A stretch of DNA of 64,000 nucleotides from the human T2T-CHM13v2.0 reference genome, Homo sapiens. Position 1 is the first letter of the stretch; every line of letters starts with the position of its first letter. The DNA lies in NCBI RefSeq assembly GCF_009914755.1, contig NC_060932.1; one strand, 5' to 3'. Of this stretch, positions 45,396 through 59,081 are shown piece by piece. The notes under the pieces are model-generated. The model was given only the letters and a program-made list of their open reading frames with translations. It did not search any database and was not told the origin of the DNA. Both the position numbers and the translations under genes were made by a program.

Positions 45396-45552
45396 TTAAT
45401 CAGAAAGCAGACATGAGGTCTTGCAGTGACTGTCAGGCCTTCTCCTGTATATTATCCACTTTGGTGCTTTGGGAACTGACGTTGCTGGTGGCGATGTCTT
45501 GCGATTTTTGCAACTGCCTATTTTTCTGATTACAGACAAGTTTCTCAAACCT

Positions 45553-46345
<793 letters not shown>

Positions 46346-46859
46346 AACCTCATCTTCTAGCACGTCCAAAGGTTTTATTAGCATCTAATACTTGTGTTAA
46401 AGCCCTTCCTTCTTGAAATATTTAGAGTGGATTCTCTTTTGTTAATCAAAACCATACTAATACAATGTAAAAAACACTTAATTTAATATAGTAAATAAAT
46501 AGAAACATTAAAAATAATGAATAAATAACATAAGGCCATTACCATTGTATTTTATTAAAAGAATGTAAGCCAAGGTAAATACAAAATGCCATGACTTTGG
46601 AGTATGTGTAGTCTTCAAGTTCCTATTATCTATTAGGATATAATGAGACATTCCTGAATTTCTGAGAAATTTATAATTAGTTTTATACTTTCTGTTAGTA
46701 CAATGTATATAAGTAAATGTATCACCCTTTTTCTTCTCAAACTGCCAAAGTACTGAAGAACACTGGTTATACTGAGGGGAGCAGGCAGTGATAAGTGGAG
46801 CATATGTTGAAAAGACTTCTCCACCAGTCTTTGCAATATTTTATATTCTTTCTGATATA

Positions 46860-48550
46860 ATTGATATAAACATAATTGATTTTTGACTTTAATTTTCAGA
46901 TGCTTTACTGCTAGCATATAGAAATATAATTGTTCTTGTATCCTGTAGCTTTTCTAAATTTGTGTATTAAGCTGTAATAGATATTTATTTCTAGATGCCT
47001 TCATGCTTTCTATATAGAAGATCATGTCATGTGCAAATAGAGTTTCGTTTCTTTCTTTCCAATCTGGATGCCTTTTTTTTTTTCTTCCCTAATGGCTACA
47101 TCCTCTAGTGCAATGCTGAGTAGAAGTAGCAAGAGTGGACGTCCTTGTTTTGGTTCTTGATCTTAAGGAGAAAACTTCAGTCTTTTAGTATCAAAAGCTT
47201 TTTATAGGTTCTATTTAGCAGCTTGAAGAAGTCCCCTTCTCGTCGTGGTTTGTTGATTGTTTTACATAAAAGGATGTTGGATTTTATCAAATGATTTTTC
47301 TGCATCTTTTGAAATGACAATTTCGGCTTTGTCTTCCATTCTATTAATATGGCACATTATATTAATTGATTTTGGATATTAAACCAACCTCACATTCCTG
47401 GGGGTAAATTCCACTAGGTCATAATATATAACACTTTTTATATGTTGTTTGATTTGGAGTTAGAGTATCTTGTTGATGGAGTTTATATCTATATTCATAA
47501 GGTATTGGCCTATAGCTTTCTTTTTTGTTCATATCTTTGGCATTGGAGTGCTATTGGCTTTGTGGAATTAATTGGAAAGTGTTATCTCCTTTTCCATTTT
47601 TTGGAAGAGTTTGTGAAGAATTTATTCTTCATTAAAAGTTTGGTAGAATTTACCAGTGAAGCCATCTACACTTAAGCTTTTCTTCATAGGAAGTTTTAAA
47701 ATTACTAATTCAATTTCTTTACATGTTACAGGCATTTTTATATTTCCTATTATTTTTGAGTCAGTGTCAGCAATTTGTGCCTTTCTAGGAATTTGTTTCA
47801 TCTGAATCATCTAATTTTTTTGGCATAAAATTATTCATAGTATTCTATAATCCTTTTTATTTCTGTAAGGTTTAAAATTATGTCCTTCATTTATTCTTGA
47901 TTTTACTAATTTGAATCTTTTCTCATCGTTTTATAGTCAGTCTAGTTAAAGGTTTCTCAATTTTGTCATTTTCAAAGGATGAAATTTTGATTTGGTTGAT
48001 TTTCTCTGTAGCCTTCCCTGCTTTATGAATTTTTGCTCTAATCTTTGTTTTCTTCCTTCTGTTTTTTTTTATTTAGTTTGTTTTTCTTTTTCCAGTATTT
48101 GAAGGTAAGTGGCTAAGTTATTGATTTAGATCTTTATTCTTTTCTAGGATAGACATACATCACTATTAATTTCCCTATTAGCACTGCTTTAGCTACATCT
48201 CATAAATTTTGGTGTGTTGTGTTTCACATTCGTAAATTTCAAAGTATTTTCTAATTTCCTTTGTGATATCTTCTTGACCCTTTGGTAATTTAGGAGTGTA
48301 TTGTTTAGTTTCCACTATTTCTGAATTTTCCAAATTTCTCTCTATTAATGATTTCTAGCTTTTTTCCATTCTAAACGAGGAACATACTTTGTATAATTTC
48401 TGTCCTCTTATATTTGTTAAGACTTGTTTTATGGCCCAGCATTTGGTCTCTTATGGAGAGTGTTCCATGTGCACTTAAAAAGAATGGATATTTTATAGTT
48501 TGTAGGGTGGATTTCTATAAATGTCTGCTAGGTCTAGTTAGTTTATAATA
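46860..48550 (-). mobile_element. Old L1M ORF2, antisense
   Basis: ORF 47622-47810(-) KEIELVILKLPMKKS..DGFTGKFYQTF. Confidence 0.82.
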
Positions 48551-49461
48551 AATAAACGCTCTGATGGTTTTGTGGAACAATACAGCTCCAGTCATCTCTC
48601 TTCCAGTCATTTCTTTTATTTAAATTTTAAATTTTTAATTTTTGTGGGTATATAATAGGTGTATATATTTATAGGGTATGTGAGATATTTTCATATAGGC
48701 ATGCAATGTTTAATAATCACATCATAGAAAATGGGGTAACCATCTCCTCAAGTATTTCTCATCTGTGTTACAAACAATCCAATTATACTCTTCTAGTTAT
48801 TTTTAAAATTACAATTAAATTATTACTGACTATTGTCCCCCTATTGTGCTAGCAAATGCTGGGTCTTATTCATTCTTTCTATTTTTTTGTACCCATTAAC
48901 CATCCCCACATTCCCCTCATACTTCACTACCCTTCCCAGCCTGTGATAAACATCCTATTCTTTATCTCAATGAGTTTGATTGTTTTTATTTTTAGCTCCT
49001 ACCAATAAGTGAGAACATGCAACGTTTGTCTTTCTGTGCCTGGCTAATTTCACTTAACATAATGACCTCCAGTTCCATCCATGTTGTTACAAATGACAGG
49101 ATATCATTTATTTTTATGGCTAAATACTACTCCATTGTGTATAAGTAACACATTTTCTTTATCCATCCATCTGCTAATGGACACTTAGGGTGCTTCCAAA
49201 ACTTGGCTATTGTGAACAGTGCTGCAACAAACATGGCAGTGCAGGTATCTCTTTGGTATACTGATTTCCTTTCTTTTAGATATACACCCAGCAGGAGGAT
49301 TGCTGGATTATATGGTAGCTCTATTTTTAGTTTTTTGAGGAAACTACAAGCTGTTCTCCATAGTGGTTGTAATAATTTACATTCAAACTGACAGTGTAAA
49401 AAGGTTCCCTTTTCTTCACATTCTCACCAGCATTTTTCTTGCCTGATTTTGGATAAAAGCC

Positions 49462-49770
<309 letters not shown>

Positions 49771-52372
49771 TAACTGGGGTGAAATAATATCTCATTGTAG
49801 TTTGGATTTGCCCTTACCTGATGATCAATGATGTTGAGTACCTTTTCATACACCTGTTTGCCATTTGTATATCTTCTTTTGAGAAATGTCTGTTGAAATC
49901 TTTTACTCATTTTTATTCAGATTATTAGAATTTTTACTATAGAATTTTTCGAACTCCTTATACATTCTGGTTATTAGTCCCTTGTCAGATGGGTAGTTTG
50001 CAAATCTTTTCTTCCATTCTGTGGATTGTCACTTCACTTTGTTGACTGTTTCCTTTGCTGTGCAGAAGCTTTTTAACTTGATCCCATTTGTTCACTTTTG
50101 CTGTGGTAGACTGTGCTTATGGGGTATTACTTAAGATTTTTTCGTCCAGATCAACATCCTGGAGAGTTTTTCTGTTGGTTTCTTATAGTAGTTTCATGGT
50201 TTGAGGTCTTAGATTTAAGTCTTTAATCCATTTTGATTAGATTTTTATATAAGGCAAGAAATAGGGGTCAAGTTTCATTGTTCTGTATGTGGGTATCCAG
50301 TTTCCCCCCCATCATTCATTGAAGAGGCTATCTCTTCCCCAGTGTATATTCTTGGCACCTTTGTTGAAAATGAGTTCTCTGTAGGTGTGTGAATTTGTTT
50401 CTGGGTTCTCTATTTCATTCCATTGGTATGTGTTTGTTTTTATGCCAGTAGCATGCTGTTTTGGTTACCATAGCTCTGTAGGATGATTTGAATTCAGGTA
50501 ATGTTATTTCTCCAATTTTGTTCTTTTTGCTCAGGATAGCTTTGGCAGTGCTGGGTCTTTTGTGGTTCCACATAAATTTTAGGATTATTTTTTCTATATC
50601 TGTGAAGAATGTCATTAGCATTTTGATAGAGATTGCATTGAATCTGTAGATTGCTTTGGGTAGTATGGACATTTTAACAATATTGACTTCCACTCCATGA
50701 ACATGGAATATCTTTCCATTTTTTGGTGTCCTCTTCAACATTTGGTCATGATGAGTGATCTTTTTAATGCATTGTTGAATTTGGCTTGCTAGTATTTTGT
50801 AGAGGATTTTCATATCCTCTACAAAAGATATTTCAATCTTTTCATCAAAGATTTTGGTTCATCATTTTCTTCTTCTTCTTTTTTTTTTTTTTTTTTTTTT
50901 TGACATGTCTTTGTCTGGCTTGGGTATCAGGGTAATACTGTCCATGTAGAATGAGTTCAGAAACACTCTCTCCTCCTCTACTTTTTTGGAATGGTTTGAG
51001 TAGAATCAGCAGTGAATCCATGGGGTCCTAGGATTTACTAGGAGACTTTTTGTTAAAATTTCAATATTGTTACTTGTTATTGGCCTGTTTAGGTTTTTTA
51101 GTTCTTCATGCTTCAATCCTGGTAAGTTGCATATGTCTAGGAATTTATCAATTTCTTCTAGATTTTCTAATTTATTGGCATATCGTTGCTCATAGAATCC
51201 ACTAATGATCCTTTGAATTTCTGCAGTATCAGTTATTTCATCTCTGATTTTATTTATTTGGGTCTTCTCTCTTTTTTCATTACTCTGGCTAAAGTCTTGT
51301 CAATTTTGTTTATCTTTTCAAAAAAAACAACTTTTTTATTTCATAGATTTTTTTACTGTTTTCTTCATTTCAAATTCATTTATTTCTGTTCTAATCTTTA
51401 TTATTTTGTTCTACTAATTTTGGATTTGGTTTGTTCTTGAATTTCTAGTTCTTAAAAATGTATCATTAGGTTATTTCTTTGAAGATTTTCTTCTTCTTTG
51501 ATGTAGGCACTTATAGCTATAAATTTCCCTCTTAATACAGCTTTCAGTATATTCTATAGGCTTTGGCATGCTGTTTTCCATTGTCATTTGCTTTAAGAAA
51601 TATTTAAATTTACTTCTTAATTTATTCATTGACCCACTGATCATCACAGAGCATTTTGTTTAATTTTCATGTGTTTGTACAGTTTCCAAAACTCCTCTTG
51701 TTGACTTCTAGTTTTATTCTCTTGTGATCAGAGAAGATGCTTGATACTATTTCATATTTTTTGCATGGTTTAAGCCTTGAATTGTGACCTAAAATATGGT
51801 CTATTTTTGAGAATAACCCATGTGCTGAGGAGAAGAATGTGTATTCTGCAGCCTTTGGATGAAACGTCCTGTAAATATGTATTAGGCCCATTTGTTCTGT
51901 AGGACAGATTAAGACTGATTTTTCTTTGTTGAGTTTCTGATATTTGTCCAATGCTGAAAATAGAATGTTGAAGTCTCCAGTTAGTATTTTATTGAGGTCT
52001 ATGTCTCTCTTTATCTCTAATAATATTTGCTTTATATATCTGGGTGCTCCAGAGTTGGGTGCCTATATATTTATAATTATGTCCTCTTTCCGAATTGGCT
52101 TCTTTATCATTACATAGTGATGTTCTGTGTCTCTCCTCATAGATTTTGTCTGGAGGTCTACTTTATCTGATATAAGTATATCTACTCCCCCTCTTTTCTG
52201 TTTTCCTCTGGCATGGAATACCTTTTTATATTCATTTATTTTTAGTTTATGTGTATCTTTATAGATGAAGTGTGTTTCTTGTATGCAACATATCATTAGG
52301 TCTTATATTTTTTATCAATTCAGCCAGTCTGTCTTTCATTGGATAGTTTAGTCCATTTGCATTCAGTGTTAT

Positions 52373-54651
52373 TGTATTAGTCCATTTTCATGCTGCTGAT
52401 AAAGACATACCTGAGACCAGGAAGCAAAAGTGATTTAATTGGACTTACAGTTCCACATGGCTTGGGAGGCCTCAGAATCATGGTGGAAGGCAAAAGGCAC
52501 TTCTTACATGGTGGTGGCAAGATAAAAGGAGGAAGATGCAAAAGCAGAAACCTCTGATAAAACCATCGAATCTCATGAGACTTATTCATTACCACAAGAA
52601 CAGTATGAGAGAAAACCACCCCCATGATTCAAATTTCCTCCCACCACATTCCTCCCACAATACACGGAAATTATGGGAGTACAATTCAAGATGAGATTTG
52701 GGTGGGGACAGAGCCAAACCATATCATTCCACCCTAGCCCTTCCAAATCTCATGTCCTCACATTTCAAAACTAATTATGCCTTCCCAACAGTCCCCCAAA
52801 GTCTTAACCCACTTCAGCATTAATCCAAAAGTCCACAGTCTAAAGTTTCATCTGAGGCAAGGCAAGTCCCTTCTGCATATAAGCCTGTAAAATCAAAAGC
52901 AAACTAGTTACCCCCTAGATACAATGGGGGTGCAGGTATTGGGTAAGTTCAGCCATTCCAAATGGGATAAATTGACCAAAACAAAGTGGTTACAGGGCCC
53001 ATGCAAGATTGAAATCCTGTGGGGCAGTCAAAATATAAAGCTCCAAAATGATCTCCTTTCATGCTAGGTCTCACATCCAGGTCACACTGATGCAAGAGGC
53101 AGGTTCCCATAGTCTTGGGCAGCTCCACCTCTGTGGCTTTGCATGGTACAGCCTCCCTCCTGGCTGCTTTTACAAGCTGGCATTGAGTTTCTGTGGCTTT
53201 TCCAAGCAAACGGTGCAAGCTGTTGGTGGATCTACCATTCTGGGATCTAGAGGATGATGACCTTCTTCTCACAGCTCCACTAGGTTGTGCCCCAGTAGGG
53301 ACTCTGTGTTGGGGCTCTGACCCCACATTTCCCTTCTGTACTGCCCTAGCAGAGGTTCTGCATGAGCACTCTGCCCCTGCAGCAAACTTCTGCCTGGGCA
53401 TCCAGGCGTTTCCATACCTCTTCTGAAATCTAGGCAGAGGTCCCAAAACCCCAGTTCTTGACTTCTGTGCACTGGCAGGCTCAACACCACATGGAAGCTG
53501 TCAAGGCTTGAGGCTGCACCCTCTGAAGTCACTGCAAGAGCTCTACTTTGGCCCCTTTCAGCTATGGTTGGAGGGGCTGGGATACAAGATACCAAGTCCC
53601 TAGGCAACACACAGCACAGGGACCCTGGGCCCAGCACACAAAACCATTTTCTCTGAGGCTTCTGGGCCTATGATGGGAGGGGCTGCCACGAAGACCTCTG
53701 ACATTCCTTGGAGACATTTTATCCATTGTCTTGGGGATTAGTATTCAGCTCCTCATTACTTATGCAAATTTCTGCAGCTGGGTTGAATTTCTCCTCAGAA
53801 AATGGGTTTTTCTTTTCTGTTGCATTGTCAGGCTACACATTTTCCAGATGTTTATGCTCTGTTTCCCTTATAAAACTGAATGCCTTTAGCAGCACCCAAG
53901 CCACCTCTTGAATGCTTTGCTGCTTAGAAATTTCTTCTGCCAGATATCCTAAATCATCTCTCTCAAGTTGAAAGTTCCACAGATCTCTAGGGCAGGGGCA
54001 AAATGCTGCTGATCTCTTTGCTAAAACATAACAAGAGTCTCCTTTGCTCCAGTTCCACAAGTTTCTCCATCTGAGACCACCTCAGCATGGACCTTATTTT
54101 CCATATCACTTTTAGGCTTTTGGTCAAAGCCATTCAACAGGTTTCTAGAAAATTCCAAACTTTCCCACATTTTTTCTTCTTTCTTCTTCTTCTGAGCCCT
54201 CGAAACTGTTCCAACATCTGCCTTTTACCCAGTTTGAAAGTTGCTTTCAAATTGTTGAGTATCTTCTCAGCAATGCCCCGCTCTACTGGTACCAATTTAC
54301 TCTGTTAGTCCATTTTCACACTGTTGATTAAGACATACCCAAGACTGGGAAGAAAAAGAGATATAACTGGACTTACAGTCCCACATGTCTGGAGAGGCCT
54401 CAGAATCATGGCAGGAGGCAAAAAGCACTTCTTACATGGTGGTGACAAGATAAAATAAGGAAGATGCAAAAGTGGAAACTTCTGCCAAAACCATTGGATC
54501 TTGTGAGACTTATTCACTACCACAAGAACAATATGGGAGAACCCCCATGATTCAAATTATCTCCCATTAGGTCTCTTACACAACGTGTGGGAATTATGAG
54601 AGTACAATTCTAGATGAGATATGGGTGGGAACACAGAGCCAAACTGTATCA
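52373..54651 (-). mobile_element. Full-length THE1 (THE1A-like) element: LTR 52373-52726, internal 52727-54300, LTR 54301-54651
   Basis: Two similar ~350-bp LTRs around a ~1.6-kb THE1-int; exact TSD GTTAT at 52368-52372 and 54652-54656. Confidence 0.95.
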
Positions 54652-55427
54652 GTTATTATTGGTAAGGAAAGACTTACTCCTGCCATTTTGTTACTTGTGT
54701 TCTGATTGTTTTGTGGTCTTGTCTTCCTTTTTTTTTCCTTTCTTCCTTTCAGTGAAGGTAATTCTCTCTGATGGTGTTATCTAATTTCTTGCTTTTTATT
54801 TTGTGTATGGTTTTTCATTTGAGGTTACTATAAGCCTTGCCAATACTATCTAATAAGTCATTATTTTAACTGATGAAAACTCAACACCGATTTCATAAAC
54901 AAACAAGTGAAAAGAAAACAAATAAAATCTCTACACTTTAACTTTGTCCCCCTGCTTTTGGTCTTCTTGTTGTTTCTCTCTTTTTTTCTTAGCTTTTATT
55001 TTAAGTTCCAGGGTATATGTGCAGGATGTGCAGGTTTGTTAGATAGGTAAATGTGTGCCATGGTGGTTTGCTGCACAGATCAACCCATCCCCTGGGTATT
55101 AAGTCTAGCATCCATTAGCTATTCTTTCTGATGCTCTAACTCCCTCAACTCCACTGACAGGCTCCAGTGTGTGTTGTTTCCCCTGATGCGTCCTTGTGTT
55201 CTCATCATTCAGCTCCCACTTACAAGTGAGAACATGTGGTGTTTGGTTTTCTGTTCCTGTGTCAGTTTGCTGAAGATAATGGCTTCCAGCTCTATCAATG
55301 TCCCTGCAAAGGACATGTTCTTGTTCCTTTTTATGTCTGCATGGTATTCCATGGTATATATGTACTACATTTTCTTTGTCTATTATTGATGAGCATTTGG
55401 GTTGGTTCCATGTCTTTGCTATTGTAA

Positions 55428-55781
<354 letters not shown>

Positions 55782-58097
55782 TTATATTCCTTTGGGTATA
55801 TACTCAGTAATGAGATTGCTGGGTCAAATGGTATTAAATATCTCTGCCTCTAGATTTTTCAGGAATCACCACACTGTCTTCCACAATGGTTGAACTAATT
55901 TACACTCCCACTAACAGTGTAAAAGTGCTCCTTTTTCTCTACAAACCTGACAACATCTGTTGTTTCTGGACTTTTTAATAATCACCATTCTGACTGAGCT
56001 GAGATGATATCTCATTGTGATTTTGATATGCATTTCTTTAATGATTAGTAATGTTGAGTTTTCTTCATATGCTTGTTAGCCACATGAATGTCTTCCCTTG
56101 AGAAGTGTCTGTTCACCTTCTTTGCCCATTTTTTAGTGAGGCTGTTTGTTTTTTTCTTGTAAATTTGTTTAAGTTCCTTGTAGACTTTGGATATTAGACC
56201 TTTGTCAGATGGGTAGATTGCAAAAATTTTCTCCCATTCTATGGGTTGTCTGTTCAGACTGATGATATTTTTTGCCATGCAAAAGCTCTTTAGTTTAATT
56301 AGATCTCATTTTTCAATTTTTGCTTTTGTTGCAATTGCTTTTGACATTTTCATAATGAAATCTTTGCCCATGCCTATGACCTGAATGATATTGCCAGATT
56401 TTCTTCTAGGGTTTTTTTTTTAGTTTTGGGTTTTACTTTTAAGTCTTTAATTAATCTTGACTTAATTTTTGTATAAGGTGTAAGGAAGGGATCCAGTTTC
56501 AATTTTCTGCATATGGCTGGCCAGTTTTTCCAGCATCATTTATTAAATAGGGAATCTTTTCCCCATTGTTTTTTTTTTTTGTCAGTTGTGTTGAAGATCA
56601 CACTGTAGGTGTGCAGTCTTATTTCTGAGTTCTCTATTCTGTTCCGTTGGTATCTGTGTCTGTTTTTGTATCAGTACCATCCTGTCTTGGTTACTGTACC
56701 CTTGTACTATAGTTTGAATTCAGGTAGTGTGATGCCTCCAGCTTTCTTCTTTTTGCTTAGGATTGTCTTGGCTATATGAGGTCTTCTTTGATTCCATATA
56801 AAATTTAAAGTAGTTTTTTCTAATTCTGTGAAGAATGTCAATGGTAGTTTAATGGGAATAGAATTGAATCTATAAATTACTTTGGGCAGTATGGCCATTT
56901 TCATGATATTGATTCTTCCTGTCTCTGAGCATGGAATGTTTTTCCATTTGTTTGTGCCCTCTCTTATTTCCTTGAGCAGTAGTTTGTAGTTCTTCTTGAA
57001 GAGGTACTTCACTTTCATTGTTAGTTGTATTTCTAGATATTTTCACCTTTTTGTAGCAATCGTAAATGGGAGTTCACTCATGATTTCCTTCTGTGCTTGC
57101 CCTGTTGTGGGTGTATAGGAATGCTAGCAGTTTTTGCACATTGATTTTGTATCCTGAGACTTTGCCGAGGTTGCTTATCAGTCTAAGAAGCTTTTGGGCT
57201 TAGATGATGGGGTTTTCTAGATATAGAATCATGTTGTCTGCAAACAAAGATAATTTGACTTCTTGTCTTCATATTTGAATATCCTTTATTTCTTTATCTT
57301 GCCCGATTGCCCTGGCTGGAACTTCCTATACTATGTTGAATAGGAGTGGTAAGAGAAGGCATCCTTTTCTTGTGCTGATTTTCAAGGGGAATGTTTCCAG
57401 CTTTTGCCCATTTAGTATAATATTGGCTGTGGGTTTGTCAAATAAGGATCTTACTATTTTGATGTATGTTTCTCCAATACCTAGCTTATTTAGAGTTTTT
57501 AACATGAAGAGATGTTGAATTTTATCAAAGGCCTTTTCTGTGTCTACTGAGATAATCATGGGGTTTTTGCCTTTAGTTCTGTTTATGTGATGAATTACAT
57601 GTATTAACTTGCATATTTTGAGCTAACCTTGCATGTCAGGGATGAAGTGGTAAATAACTTGATAGTGGTAGATAAGCTTTTTGATGTGCTGATGGATTTG
57701 GTTTGCCAGTATTTTATTGAAGATTTTTGCATTGATATTCATCAGTAATATTGGCCTGAAGTTTTTTGTTTGTTTATCTCTGCCAGGTTTTGGTATAAGG
57801 ATAATGCTGGCTTCGTAAGATGAGTTAGGGAGGAATTTCTCCTTTTCAATTTTTTCAGTAGAAATATTTTCAGTAGAAATGGTACCAGCTCTTCTTTGTA
57901 CTTCTGGTAAAATTCAGCTATAAATCTGTCAGTCCTGGGAATTTTCTGGTGGTTGGATATTTATTATGGCCTCAATTTCAGAACTTGTTATTGATCTATT
58001 CAGGGATTCAATTTCTTCTTGTTTCAGTTTTGGGAGGGTGTATTTGCCAGGAATTTATCCATTACTTCTAGGTTTTCTAGTTTATGTGCATAGAGGT

Positions 58098-58473
58098 TTT
58101 CTTAGTCCATTCTTACGCAGCTATAAGGACATACCCGAGAATGAGTAATTTATATAGGAAAGAAGTTTAATTGACTCACAGTTCCACATGGCTGGGAAGG
58201 CCTCAGGAAACTAACAATCATGGCAGAAGGGGAAAAAAACATGTCCTTCTTCACATGATGGCAGGAAGGAGAAGTGCCAAGTGAAGCAGGGTGATGTCCC
58301 CTATAAAGCCATAAGATCTCATGAGAACTCACTTGCTATCATGAAACAGGATGAGAGGACAACCCCCATGATCTAATCACCTCCCACAAGGTCCCACCCC
58401 CAACACATGAGGACTACAATTAGGATTACAATTTAAAGTGAGATTTTGGATGGGACAGAGCCAAACCTTATCA
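58098..58473 (-). mobile_element. THE1 solo LTR within L1PA ORF2
   Basis: Antisense THE1 LTR; exact TSD GAGGT at 58093-58097 and 58474-58478. Confidence 0.9.
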
Positions 58474-58767
58474 GAGGTGTTTATAGTACTCCCTAATTGT
58501 TGTATTTGTGTGGGGTCAGTGGCGATATCCCCCTTATCATTTCTGATTGTGTCTATTTTATTCTTTTCTCTTTTCTTCTTTATTAGTCTAGCTAGCAGTC
58601 TATCTATTTTACTTTTTTTCTTTTTTTCAAAGAAATAGCTCCTGGATTCATTGATTTTTTGAATGGTTTTTTGGTGTCTCTATCTCCTTCAGTTCTGCTC
58701 TGATCTTGGTTATTTCTTGCTTCTGCTGGCTTTGGGGTTTGTTTACTCTTGGTTCTCTAGTTCTTTT

Positions 58768-59081
58768 ATTTTTTATTTTCATATTTTTATTATTTATTTT
58801 TTGAAATGGAATCTCACTCTGTTGTTCAGGCTGGAGTACAGTGGTGTGAGCTCAGCTCACTGCAACCTCTACCCTCCTGGGTTCAAGCAATTCTCCTGCC
58901 TCAGCCACCTGAGTAGCTGGGACTACAGGGATGCACCACCATGCCTGGCTAATTTTTGTATTTTTTTTAGTAGAGACAGGGTTTCACCATGTTGATTAGG
59001 CTGGTCTTGAACTCCTGACCTCAAGTGATCCACACACTTCAGCCTCCAAAAGTGCCAGGAGTATGAGCCACCACACCCAGC
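58768..59081 (-). mobile_element. Older Alu (AluS/J) within L1PA
   Basis: Antisense Alu; TSD CTCTAGTTCTTTT on both sides. Confidence 0.9.

Noticed and set aside
52949-53637. ORFs of 165 and 122 aa
   Set aside because: They lie within THE1-int and match the usual MaLR internal reading frames; no evidence of a host gene.
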